Shown piece by piece: positions 49,401 through 62,805 of a stretch of 64,000 nt of DNA (position 1 is the first letter of the stretch; each line of letters starts with the position of its first letter). Source of the DNA: Podospora anserina (lineage: Eukaryota). Under the pieces are notes generated by a model, which worked only from the letters and a program-made list of their open reading frames with translations, made no database searches and was not told the origin of the DNA. The DNA lies in assembly GCA_017654855.1 (NCBI GenBank), contig CM030333.1, forward strand, positions 186,001 through 250,000. The letters run 5' to 3'. The position numbers and the translations under genes are program-made.

Positions 49401-52400
49401 ACCCTAGCGTTTTCCGATCCTTTTTTATAATTAATTTAGAAATTAAATTCCGAAAGAAACTTTAATTATCGCGTCTACCGTATATTAAAGACCTTTATAG
49501 TAATAAAGTATCGTAGGTTCTTATAATCTGTATAGACCTATATTTCGTAGTTAATACTATTAAAGTATAGCTTTTATTCCTTAAACGCTTCGATAATAGT
49601 AAGTAGCTTCTTATTATAAATTAAGTAATTTTAACGTACCCCTTTTAGTTTTTTTAAAAAGAAAATTATTAAGTATAGCTTTCCGTCGTCGTTTCGCTAT
49701 CCTAATTATTCCCCGACTATATAGTCTAATATATCCGCCTCGACCTTAAATAGTCGATTAGGATTTAGTAATTTTAGTACCGGATTCTTTAAAATAACTT
49801 TTTTTAGTTCCTAAAAGGCTTACTCCTCTTCCTTCCCCTACCGGAACTCTACGTCTTTCTTAAATAAATAATTAAATAATTACGCGATTCTTATATATTT
49901 ATAAATAAATATTTAATAAAAATTTATAAACCTTAAAAATTCCCTAATATATATTTATAACTACGGCGTAAGCTAGTCCTTAATTACTATAATTTTCCTA
50001 AATTCTATACGAACCTCTCTTAACGATATTAAATATTCTAAATATACTATTTTTTATACGTAAAACTCGCTCTTTTCTTTATTAATTAAAAATCCGGTTT
50101 TATATAGTACGTCGAATATCTTTCGTACGTATCGTTTATACTTCTCTAAAGTACGTAAATAAATAAAAGTGTCATTAAGATAGTATATTATTATTTTATC
50201 GAGGTACCTCCGGATTATATAGTTAACGAGAGATTAAAATATTATAAGCATATTAGTTAGCCCGAATAGTATTATAAAATATTTAAAATAATTATAGGGT
50301 ATACGAAACGCTATTTTTTATTTATTTTTTTCCTTAATCCGTATATAGGCGTATCCAATAAGTATATTTAAGCGTATAAAGTATTATGCTTTAGTTAATT
50401 AACTTTATAATTTAAATATTAATGGTAACGGGTAACTATTTTTTACCGTCTCGTTATTTAATTAATAATAATCTATATATACTTATAAGCTATTATCCTT
50501 CTTCGGTATAAAGAATACGGGGTATTCTATTAGCGATATAAACTCCTTAATATATCCTTTCTTTAAATTTTTATTTAAATATTTCCGTAATTCCTTACTT
50601 TATTTACCGTTAGTATAATATACCTTAAATAGCCGTAATTTAGTTCCTTCCTTTAACTTAATTTCGTAATCCTACGGTCCTCGCTCTAAAAGTTCCTCTA
50701 AATATTTAACTATAAAAGCTAAATATCCTCGATATTCTACTAGTACCGCCTTTTTCTTACCTTTCTCTATATTATTATAGTAAATATATTTATTAACCTC
50801 CGATATCTCTACTAACGTTATTAACCTTACTTCTTTAATCTTACCGTTTATATTAATAAAGTACATTATTATTTTTTAGGCTCCTTACGGTAGTACCGTA
50901 GAGGGTGTTTATTCTATACTTTACTTTATATATACGCTTAATCTCCTATCGTTAATTAAATATTTTTAAGGTTCTTTTAATCGTAAATAATTACTATCCT
51001 TCTAATGGATATTGAGGTTATAATTTTTATACTATAGTTATTTTAAGATTATATCCTTCGAGGGTCCTATATCTATAATATTAAATATAATTAAAATTAT
51101 TTTCCCTTTAACTATAATATTTAAAAATAATATTTTTTATAGACTTTTTGCGTCGGAAATAGTCCTTATATAACGATCTATTCCTTTTTTTTCTTTTATA
51201 GTATTTTAATTTAATATATAAATTATAGTAAAATTAAATTTATTTCCGTATCTCCGTTTACTAATATTACCGCCTAAATATATTTTTAATATATTATAAC
51301 TTAAAGGTATTTATCTCTCTTACTTCCTCCCTATACGGTAGCAACTTCGTTAATAAATACCGGGTCGTTATCCTATACTTTCGCTTTACGCTAATACTTC
51401 CGAAAATACCGTTTGTAATCCGTTAAAGGTTACCGGCCCCCGCGAAGGGCCGTAAGTTATTTCTTAAGCGATTATATTGTTTAAAAGTATTTTTTTACTC
51501 CGGGTTATTTAATAATATAAAGTCCTTTAACTATACCCGCCTAACTTCCTTCCCTCTTTTATTTTTCTTAGTATTTTATTAAATATACTTTTAATAGTAT
51601 TTCCGTTACTTAACTAATACCCTAGGCTCAGTTATTTAATAGTATCGCTTAACTTTTTATCGTAAATATAATACGTAATTTAAGCTTAAGTACCACTATA
51701 GTACTACCCTTCCTCCCGAGATCTCGCTATCTAACGTATACCTCTCGTTTATATACCCGAAGTAGTACTTTACCTCTTTTAGCGTAAACTAAATTACTTA
51801 AAATTTATTCCTTAATTAAATTACTTTCCGTTCCTTTTATAGTAAATAATTATTTAATTCTTTATTAGTTTTTTCCTATTTTACTATTATTTTTCTAATT
51901 AACTATAATTTACTTTCCTTATTTATTTTATATACTAACTAGTAGCCGTATAGTAACTTATTTTAATAGTACTCTATATATCTGTATATAATATACTAGA
52001 ACTAAAGTACCTTCCGATATTCCGGATATTTAAAATAAAATTATATTATATTTCCTTTATAAAGTATATACTTTATAAGTATAGATATATTTCTTAATAA
52101 CTTTATAATCTTAATACTAAAGATTTTTTTATTTTTCTAATATTTTTCTTAGCTTTTATATTTAAATTGCTTAAACTATACTTATATAACGGCGATCTTA
52201 TATCTACCGTATTACTTCCCTAATATTATACACCAAGTAGGTCCTTCCTATTATATAGGGTAGTCGTCCTTAATAACTTCTATAGTAACTTATATTAGTT
52301 AATTCTATAATACTAGTATTTAAAGATCTCTTTCCTCGTACTCCGCCTTTAACCTTTCTATTACTTCCTACAGCTCCTAGAACTCTATTTTTTACGTAGC

Positions 52401-53958
52401 GTACTAATTAGAATCTTCCTCAAAGTTTATTACTTCGATTTATTAATACCCGATAATTACGACCTTTATAACTCTCGGTCCCTTTAATATAATAATTATT
52501 ATAACCTCCTTCTTCTATCCGAGTTACTTAGGTGCCCTATAGTCCTTTTTAAAGTATTCGGTTTTACCGTAATTAAAATACTTACGGTTATCTTTAACTT
52601 TATCCCGGCCTTATAACCTTTACTATTAAATAGCGTCGACTTCTATAGGCCCTATATAGGTAGTCCCTAAAATATAAATCCCGTAAAGCCGTCTCTTTTT
52701 CTTATCGTTAGAGCGGTACGGTCCTTATACATATATACCTTTACGCTCTTTATAATACTAATACTATCGATTGTTAATACAGATTACTATTACGATATAC
52801 TCGTTAATAATCTCCGGTCGCTCCATTTAATATAGTTTATCCTTAATTTCTTTCTTAAACCCGTTATAAAATAATTATATTAACTTTTTATCGTTAATCG
52901 CGTTACAAAGTATATCCGTCCTAAATGCTATAGCGTAGTCGGTAGTAAATCGAGTCTACTTAAGGTTGGCCAGTCGCTCCTAGGCACGCCTACCTTCGTC
53001 GTACTCTCTAAATATTTCCTTAATTTTCTTCTTAAAGCCTTTATATAATTTAAAATACATTTAAATAACCTCCTCCCTTTCGTTATATATATTATCGAAA
53101 TAATCTCCTAAAATTAATTCGAATTATATAAATACTATATTTTTAAGCCTAGACGTAGTATATACGACCTTAGATTCTTTATCCGGGAAACGAAAAGGGT
53201 AGTACCGAAAGTAACCTTTAAGTTAGATTAAGAATCTTCCTAGCTTTCCTTTTATATTTTCGTACCGGTCGGATATTTTAAGCTTAGTACGCTCTCCCTT
53301 CTTACGTAAAGTACTAATCTCCTAGTAGAGTATAGCGTTCTCCTACGTAAGTGTATCGTAGGAAAGGCGTAACTTATCTTTAAGCTTTTAAATACGAGCG
53401 AGAAGCTAATCGATAGTAGGTTAGGTCGAGACCCCCTAAGTACTAACGTTTCCGGTTATACTATTAATTTAATACCTTTAACTTATTTATAATAGAGTTA
53501 AAGTAAGTATATAACATATAACGAACCCCTATATAGAACCTCTAAAAGGAATATAGGTTAAAAATAATTTTTAATAATTAGTTCGGTATAACTAAACAGT
53601 GTATAATAAAATATTTTAATATAAATATAAAATACCGTAAATATAACTGTGGATTATATACTATAGAACTATCTATCTACACTAGCCAGTTCCTCCGTAT
53701 ATATAAATCCTGGGGCCTTAAGGTGCTCGCCCTGCTACGGCCCCGATTACCCATAGCACATTGCATCCTGCAAAGTGCTCGTCGTGCTATGCCTCTGACC
53801 ACTCGTAGCATCTTGCATCCTGCAGAGTGCTCGTGTGTCTTAGCGCCATAGCACTTTCGTCCAGCCCTGATTAGCTGTCTCCTGACTTCTCTAATGATTG
53901 GCTAGGGACGTCCTGCGCCCCACATGTGGCGCGGCCTGCTGTTGGGTTAACTGTGACA
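46499..53958 (-). mobile_element. Full-length Ty3/Gypsy element (inner, 7460 bp), RIP-inactivated
   Basis: LTRs 46499-46940 and 53517-53958 (442 bp, type C), TSD CTAAC, PPT complement CCCCTCCCCCT about 46946-46956; gag-pol is the reverse complement of the outer element's. Confidence 0.95.
47050..47661 (+). pseudogene. RIP-mutated antisense ORF of the inner retroelement: Zn2Cys6-like motif, coiled coil, acidic tail
   Basis: TAY codons at 47151, 47160, 47181, 47208, 47217 and 47238/47241 (x2-x6-x8-x2-x6/7); then EKKRLDTERQATLSKLLRLE..FSFLNPSLGFD*LSDFPLDF. Start position uncertain. Confidence 0.7.
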
Positions 53959-56900
53959 CTAACGGACTACGAACGGTATTTTCGGAAGTATCGGTATAAA
54001 GCAAAAGTATAGAATAACGACCCGGTACTCGTTAGCGAGGTCGTTACCGTATAGGGAGGAAGTAAAAAAAAATTCCTTTTAGGTTATAACGTATTAAAAA
54101 GATATTTAGCCGGTAATATTAGTAAATAAAGGTATAAAAATAAACTTAATTTCGTTATAGTTCGTACATTAAACTAAAATACTATAAAAGAAAAAGAAGG
54201 AATAGATCGTTATATAAGGACTATTTTCGATATAAAAAGTTTATAGAGAAACATTACCTTTAAATATTATAGTCAAAGGAAAAATAACTTTAATTATATT
54301 CGATATTATAAATATAGGACCCTCGAAAGATATAATCCTAAAGTAATTATAGTATAAAAACTATAACCCAGATATCGATTTGAGTGATGGTAGCTACCTA
54401 CGACTAAAAGAACCTTAAAAGTATTTAGTTAACGATAAGAGATTAGGCGCACGTATAAAGTAAAGTGTAAGATAAGTACCTTCTATAGTACTACCGTAAA
54501 AAGTTTAAAAAGTAATAATGTAATTTATTAATATAAGCGGTAAGATCGAAAAAATAAGGTTAACGACGTTAGTAAAAATATCGGAGATTAATAAATATAT
54601 TTGTTATAATAATATAAAAAAAGGTAAGAAAAAAGCGGTACCGGTAGAGTATCGAAGATACCTAGCCTTTACGGCTAAGTATTTAAAAGGACTTTTAGAG
54701 CGAGGACCGTGGGACTATAAAATTAAATTAAAAGAAGGAACTAAACTACGGCTACTTAAGGTTTACTATATTAACGATAAGTAAAGTAAGGAACTACGGA
54801 AGTACTTAAACGAAAATCTAAAGAGAGGATATATTAAGGAGTTTATATCGCTAATAGGATACTCTATATTCTTCTTACCGAAGAAAGACGGTAGCTTACG
54901 ACTATATATAGACTACCGCTAACTAAATAACGAAACGGTGAAAAATAATTATCCGCTACCGTTAATATCTAAGTTACGGAATTAATTAGTTAAAGCGCGA
55001 TACTTTATACGCTTAGATATGCCTGTCGGGTACGCCTATATACGGATTAAGGAAAGAAAGAAATAAAAATAGCGTTTCGTATACCCTATAATTATTTCGA
55101 ATATTTTATAATACTATTTGGGCTAACTAATACGCCCGTAACGTTCTAATCTCTCGTTAATTATACGATCCGGAAGTACCTTAATAAAATAGTAATATAT
55201 TATCTCGATAATATTTTGATTTACTCTCGCACTCTAGAGGAGTCTAAGCGATACGTACGAGAGATACTCGACGCGCTATACGGAACTAGACTCTTAATTA
55301 ATAAAGAGAAGAGCGAGTTTTATATATAATAAATAGTATATTTAAGATATTTAATATCGTTAAGTAAAGTTCGTATAGAACTTAAAAAAATTACGGTAAT
55401 TAAGGACTGGCTTACGTTATAATTATAAATATATATTAAAGAATTTTTAAGGTTTACAAATTTCTATTAGATATTTATTTATAAGTATATAAGAATCGCG
55501 CGATTATTTAATTATTGAATTAAGAAAAATATAGAGTTCCGGTAGGGGTAGGAGGAAGAGTAGGCCTTTTAGGAGCTAAAGGAAGCTATTTTAAAGGACC
55601 CGGTATTTAAATTATTAAACCCTAATTAACTATTCGAGGTCTAGGCAGATATATTAAACTATACGATTAGTAGATAATTAAGATAGTAAAACGACGACGG
55701 AAAACTATACTTAATAGCCTTATTTTCCCAAAAAACTAAAAGGGGTACGTTAAAACTATTTAATTTATAATAAAAAGCTATTCCCTATTATCGAAGTATT
55801 CGAAAAGTAAAGGCTATACTTTAATAATACTAATTATAAAGTATAGGTCTATACGGATTATAAAAACCTATAATACTTTATTACTACGAAGGTCCTTAAC
55901 GTACGGTAAATATAATAATTAAAGTTTCTTTCGGAATTTAATTTCTAAATTAACTATAAAAAGGGTTCGGAAAACGCTAGGGCAGATATACTTAGCCGGC
56001 GAGCCGACTACTATAAAGATATACCTAAGAAGTTACTACTATTATTTAAGGAAACGTTAAACGGTATTCTTAAGTATTTACTTTAGCCGTAAATAAAGTA
56101 TTACGTAATATATTATAAGTAAGTTACTTTTAATAAATATTAAAAGAAATTAGGTAATAATATTATAGAGTAATATTAGTAAGAAAAGTTAGAGCTATAG
56201 GGTATTTAAAAAAATAATTAGAAAAGACTATAGTATAAGAATCGAGCGTACGTAAAGCTAAGCGATAGGATAGTACTCATAATAGAGATTTACGGATCGA
56301 AGCTCGGAAAATATATAAATATCGTAAAGACTATAGAAAAAATTAAGTAATACTTTAACTAGCCGAGGATTAAGGACGATATTAAGGAAGCTATTTAATT
56401 ATACTATATTAACGGTAATCGATAAGCTTATTAAGTAAGTATATTTCTTACTTTATAAAGAAACCTAATCGGTAAAATAATTAACGGATATAGTATTACA
56501 GTATATTATAGTAATATATATATAACCGAAAAAATTTATTATAAACCGTAATACTAAATTCGTATCGAAGTTTTAAAGAACGTTAATAACGAGGCTCGGG
56601 ATAATAAGTAAGGCGTCTTCGGCCTACTACCCTTAGATAAATGGTTAAACGGAACGGCTTAATTAGATCGTAAAATAGTATTTACGGAATTATATTAATT
56701 TCGAGTAGGACGACTGGGTTAAACTATTATTTACGGTATAATTAATATATACTATATTATTAATAAAAATAATTAAAGTTATACCGTTTTTCGCGAACTT
56801 TAAATATAAAGTAAACTTACGGTAGGGACCTAGCGTTAAAGTACCTAGGGCTAGAATTAAAGTAAATAAACTATATATATTTTATAGTAAACTTAAGTAA

Positions 56901-57429
56901 AAGCTAAAGTTTATAAGGGAAAGGATACGGAAATACTATAATACTAAAAGGCTCGAAGGACCTAGTTTTAAGGAAGGAAATATAATATTCCTTTCTATAC
57001 GTAATTTATGTATTAAAAGACTTAATAAAAAGCTAGACTATAAGAGACTAAGCCTATTTAAGGTTAAAAAGAGGATCTTAAAGACGGTATTCGAATTAGA
57101 ACTACCTAATATAATAGGTTTAAAGTTATATACTTTCTATATCTCGCTCTTAAAACCGGTACTACGGGCGGCTAGCCTAAATATATAAGTAAAAGCTAAA
57201 AACGAGGAAGAGAAGTATAATATAAAAACTTTTTAGACTTTCGTATTAATAACGGATAACTAAAGTATTTAGTTAATTAATTAAACTACCTAGTTATAAA
57301 TAATTCGTAAAAGCCTATTACGAACCTTAATTATATTAAAAAGTTAAAGGAGTTTTATCGGAGGAACCCTAGACGATTAAAGGCAAGGAATACCGCGGAA
57401 AACCGGCTAACGGGGCTAAAGGGAAACCG

Positions 57430-58030
57430 GGAAGGACGTAAGGATCTAGGTCGCCTATAAAACTAGTACCCGCGTTAGCGGAGTCCTAAGTTAATTAATT
57501 CTATAGGATAGAAGACTAGTCGAAGGAGGGGTCGAAGGTAGGGGAGGCAGCCTTATTAGCGGCTTTTTAGCGCTTTAGTTTTTTTAATTTCTTTACGGTA
57601 TTAAGACCCCGGAATATAGCCTACGATATTTTTTTAAACTATATTTTTTTTTATTTTCGTAAGTACCGGACCTTTTCATTCATAGCTTTAACTTAACTTT
57701 AATCTATTCTCAAAAACGACGGGTATTCTTAATAATAGCCTTAATTTACGCTTTCCCTGGCTCCAGCTCCGCCTCTATAATATTATATTAAGAAATAATA
57801 TAGAGTAATTAACGAGGGGTAATTCCGAAAATATTATAGTATAGGAGACCGCGACGAACGTACTTTAAGTAACGTAAAGATTTGTTAGGCGATACGATAT
57901 AAAAGAGGTTGCGGGTAGCGTAAGTAGAATAAAGAGTGGGCATTTTAAAAGGATAATATAGGATTCTCGTCGTAAGGTCGAGACGGGTTAACGTCGGCGA
58001 GCGTTTAGGTTTACTTACGCGGTTAAATAT
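57430..58030 (-). pseudogene. RIP-mutated antisense ORF of the outer retroelement: Zn2Cys6-like motif and coiled coil
   Basis: From ATA (RIP of ATG) at 58030, TAY codons at 57931, 57922, 57901, 57871, 57862 and 57841/57838 (x2-x6-x9-x2-x6/7); later EAELE..EKVRYLRK*K..RGLNTVKEI. End position approximate. Confidence 0.7.
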
Positions 58031-61000
58031 CGTAGCGGTAGAGAAAAGATAGAGAGAGGAAGACTTACGGTAAATAAGGTTAGTTATTAGTAAAGGTTTT
58101 AAATAGAGTCGTCGGAACGTCGATTTAGGAGGGGGGGTATCGTATTATAAATATAATATAAATACCCGAAAAGAATAATTAATAGGAAAAAAGAAGTACG
58201 GTAGTTAATTAAAAGAAAGGAAAAGAGATTAATAAAAGGTAAATTATCCGGAATATATAGGAATTATAAGCGATTCCTAAGAATTACTTATAAGCTTTAA
58301 AAGTCGGTTATGATCCGGGGAGAAACAGAATGATCTAGGCTTAGTATTAGGTCTATCTATACGGAGGAACTAAATAATTTATAGATAGTTCCGTAATATG
58401 CAATTCACAATTGTATTCACGGCATCTTGTATTTACATTGAGACATCTTGTTGTGCACTGTTTAGCTGCACCGAACTAATTGTCAGAAGTAGCTTTCAAC
58501 CCGTATCCCTTTCAGAGGTTCTGTATAGGGGTTCGCCACACTTACTATTAAATATAAGCTTTTAATGTTTTTATATACTTTATAATGTAATACAATAAAT
58601 ATTAAAAATTAGTTAATCACATTGTATAACACTACCTACCTATGCCCATCGGGACAAGACCGTCTGTTTGAGCTGGCGAGCCAGCAACCAAGTTCAATGC
58701 CTAGCTAAGCCCTCAAATAGACAGGCTTCAAAAAGCCACCAAGCCTCGAGACGGAGTGGCCCCGTCTCGACAGCCAGATAGGCAAAGACGGACCGCTGCT
58801 GCCATTATAGACAAAGGAAAGGAAAGGACCGCAATATCGCAACGGCCTTGTAAAAAATTAAAAGTACCGGGTATGACGGCTTCTATAGTTCTAAGCCTGT
58901 ATTCTTTATTTATAGTGAGGTAGCTCTTAGATAACGCACTCTACTTTACTAGGTACGCTACCTTTCTATAAAGTATTTAGTTATAGCTGATAAATATATA
59001 TTTTATAGATTTTTAACCTACCTCTTTATACCATTAGTTAATGTAATAATATCTTTATACTGGCCTCAAGTTCCATACTACAGCTAAAATATTTCTATTT
59101 TAGAGCTCTCCTTATACTTTATTTTTCATTAAATAATTTATGATAATTTAATTATAACACGCTTAAAGTTACTAACTTCATCATTAATAAATAATAAGCC
59201 AGTATTATATTAAGTTTACTATCAATTTCGCAGGTAAAAGCAGAAACTTAACCCTAGTAATATTAATTTAAAAAAAGTGAATTATTTATTATATTGATCA
59301 ATTTACTTTTTACTAAATTTACTAGTCATTTACTAATCTCTAATGATTAATCTTTTTCATTCACTAGATCTTCAAAATCTACTAAATCTACTAAATCTAC
59401 TAAAAATACCAATTTCTAATGTTTTTCTAGTTACTGAATTAGCTAATATTTCTTTCTCTAAACCCTTTTAACCTTTGATTAATTAATTACTTACTAATTA
59501 TTGACTAGTTTACATTATTAATTACTACTATAGTAACTACCTTTAATTTTCGTAATCTCACTATTGTTGTATAAACCTTTTCAACCTTGAAATAATATTT
59601 TGATTAATATTATATCTATAGCAAAACCCTCTATTCTAATACTATAAATAGTTCATTTTATGGCTAATAACGTTAATTGATTTTCTATAAGTTCAATTTA
59701 TCTATACTAATGTAATTACTGGAATAATTGATTTAAATCGTTTAAATACTACATTAGTGACTATATTATTTAACCTAGCTATTAATATTTTTGTATTTAA
59801 TTATTAACCTCTAACAGCTTTTTTATAAGCGTATGACGTTACTTACATAAGCTTTATTAGCTTAAACCAAACTATATGTTAATCAAGAAAATTTGCGATT
59901 TAAAACGGCCTATATTCAAAATATTTAGTGCAATTTTATAAACAAACCTAAACTTTGACATTACCTTGAATTATCTTTAATAGAAGCTTTTTATTACTAA
60001 GCTTAATGTTTTCAACTCTGATCAAAATCTACAATAATCTGAATAAATTAAACTATACTATTAATTACTAATATATTATAAAATACAGTATTTTTTATTA
60101 ACTTTACCTAACTAAAATATTATTTTAAGAAAGCTAAAACTGAATAACAGCCTAATACCTTTCAAATCTTTTACTTGTATATAGATTTAACTAACCTGAT
60201 TAAACAAAAGTTAAATATTTTATTATATATTTAAATAAATATAACAAATTTACTAAACTCTATCTACCTTTCTACCTATGAGTTGAATGACAAAAATTAT
60301 AACTTCTATAATAACTATAATAATTATTTTATAATGAAAATAAAATAAAAGATAAAAAATCTAATAACAGCTATTTATAAATCTAACCAAAATTGATTTA
60401 ATTAATGAAATTGATATTAATAAAAGAAATAATTTTAAGAGTTTTCTAATAATATATTATATATTTCTAATAGTTTAATTTATATAAACTTTATTTATAG
60501 TCTATTATAATAAATGAATCTATAACCCTATAGTTATTTATAAAAGTAAATAAATAAAACTATAAACATGATTGTTAAGGGTAAAGTGTATATTTCTTAA
60601 ACATTATAGTAGTTTCAATGGCCCTAAATCTCTATTTATTATCTTTAGTTACGGAAGTTATAGATAGTACACCCTATTTTACCGAATACCCTACTTTTCA
60701 ACAACGTATTTAGTTATGGCTTACAAGCCTATATCTTATAAATCCTATAACCTATTTTTTATACTATTAGTTAACATAATAATACCCCTATATTAGTACT
60801 AGGTTCTTTACTATAATACCGGGGTATAGTATAAAAAGCATAATAATTTTATTTATTTTTAAAATAATAAAGTAAATATTTATAATAAAAGACCAATATA
60901 AACCCGAACAATAGTATTATAAACCCTTGAGATTCTATATCGAAAAAACTACTTTCCTATTATATATAAGGTTAATCCAATTAATATAATAAATCATTAA

Positions 61001-61710
61001 ATATTTTAAAAAATCTTTTATATATTATAAATATATACTTTATTATATTTAGTATTATACTATACTAAAGTTATATTTATTTCTATTATATAGTAAAAAC
61101 CAAATAATTTATATAATATAAAATAAAAATAAATTAGCTTTTTAAAAAGCGGTTATTAATATCTATTAAATAAATATTTATAATGAAAGTAGATTTCTAC
61201 TTTCTACTTTTCGTAAAACTTAAATTAATAATTAAAAAGAATATTACTTAAAAATATTTATTAGAATTTTAGAGTTATTTAACGATTTCTTAATATTATT
61301 ATATAGTTTAAGACTTTTAAATAAATGAAATAGTTATATTAAGTATTAAATTAATTTTTTAATTTAGGTGGAAGAAAATAGTATTATATCTGAAGAGAAT
61401 ATAGTCGGTTAATCATTAAAAATAAAATTTAAAAACATTAAAATAATAATAGATTTATTATAAAGTACAAGTTAATTTTAAAAATAATATTTTTAATAAG
61501 GTTTGATAATCTAAAGAATTAACAGATATATATTATATCTTTCTTATTATGAAAAAAAGAATTTCAATAGCCTTTTTTAGGAATAATAAACTTATATAAT
61601 CTAATGCAGTATATAAATTCAATATTGTTTTTATAAATTTATTTTCTTTATTAATAATATAATTTATAATATTTGTAAATACCTTTTAAAAATATAACCT
61701 TCTATAGTTT

Positions 61711-62148
61711 TGTGACGAACCCCTATCCAGAACCTCTGAAAGCGATACTAGTCGAAGGCACTTCTAAATAATCCTAGTTCGGTACAGCTAAGCAGTGTAC
61801 AAGAATGGCTTATCGCAATCACAATAGTCTTAATACTAATAACTGTGACTTAAATTGCATACTGCAGAACTGTCTATCTATACCAGCCAGTTCTTCCGTA
61901 TAGACCAGTGGTTTACCTAGATTATTATGCCAAGCGTGATCCTAGATCACTTCTCCTAGCGTTAGATTACTATGGATCACGGTGCTAAGAGTGATCCTGG
62001 ATCACTCTCGTCACCTTATGATCACTTGGATCACCACGCTCCCGGCGCTCCCAGGCGCTCCACTTCCTATTTAGTTCCCGTAGCAATTAGTTAGGTACAT
62101 CCCCTGCCCCACATACTATTTAACTTACCTATTGGCTTAACGGTAATA
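61711..62148 (-). mobile_element. Solo LTR, crapaud-like, U3 type D
   Basis: TGTGACGAACCCCT start, diverged shared half, distinct GTGATCC-N-RGATCAC repeats, end GTAATA, TSD AGTTT. Confidence 0.85.
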
Positions 62149-62805
62149 AGTTTTGGTTTAATTTAAAAACCTAATAATATTAAAAACTTTAAGCTTTTCT
62201 ATACGCCTATAAAGTTTCTTTTATAATATACTTAATTTAAAAAATTACTTTATTAAAGCTTTTATAAATCTATAGGGGATTTCCCTTTTTTAAATATATA
62301 TAGTTTTAAATTTCTTATAGATTTAATATCAAACTTTAAAAAATTAACTAACTTTTAAAATTATTTCTTAATAGAAAACCCATGAAATTCTTAGAACCTT
62401 CTTTCTATTATAAATTAATAATACTATAAACCTTTTTTACATTATAGTATAAATACTTTTGTAACTAAAATAATAAACTTTCTTTTCAATACTTTTAAAA
62501 ACTTTAATACCTTTATTATTATTTATTAATATATTAATATAATAAGTAATATTATTATTGAAATTATGTTTTCCCATAATAAAATTTTAAATTTAATAAT
62601 ATAGATATATAAGGTATTTTATTTTTAGGGTTTTAAAACCTAAAGTAATTTCTATATCTTTTGTAATTTTAACAGTATTTTTTCTTTTTTTCTTTATATT
62701 TATTATCTTTAATATTTTTAACTTTTTTTTTTTTAACTTTTTTAACTTTACTCTATAGCCTTAAATAATATCTTCTCTATTCTCATAAATCATTCTTTAA
62801 ATACG

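Larger units (their letters stand above)
41074..58540 (+). mobile_element. Ty3/Gypsy (chromovirus-like) LTR retrotransposon, outer element, RIP-inactivated, with four nested insertions
   Basis: LTRs 41074-41470 and 58143-58540 (U3 type B), TSD CTTAC, PPT AGGAGGGGGGG just before the 3' LTR. RIP-altered motifs: gag knuckle 42410-42451, RT (IDYR ~54908, FGLTN ~55117, YLDNILIYS 55201-55227), integrase (G.TERLN ~56643), chromodomain-like ~57265. Confidence 0.93.

Noticed and set aside
59650-60350. Possible RIP-mutated long ORF on the plus strand
   Set aside because: Stops are mostly TAA, but no motif could be recovered and it cannot be distinguished from AT-rich background by eye
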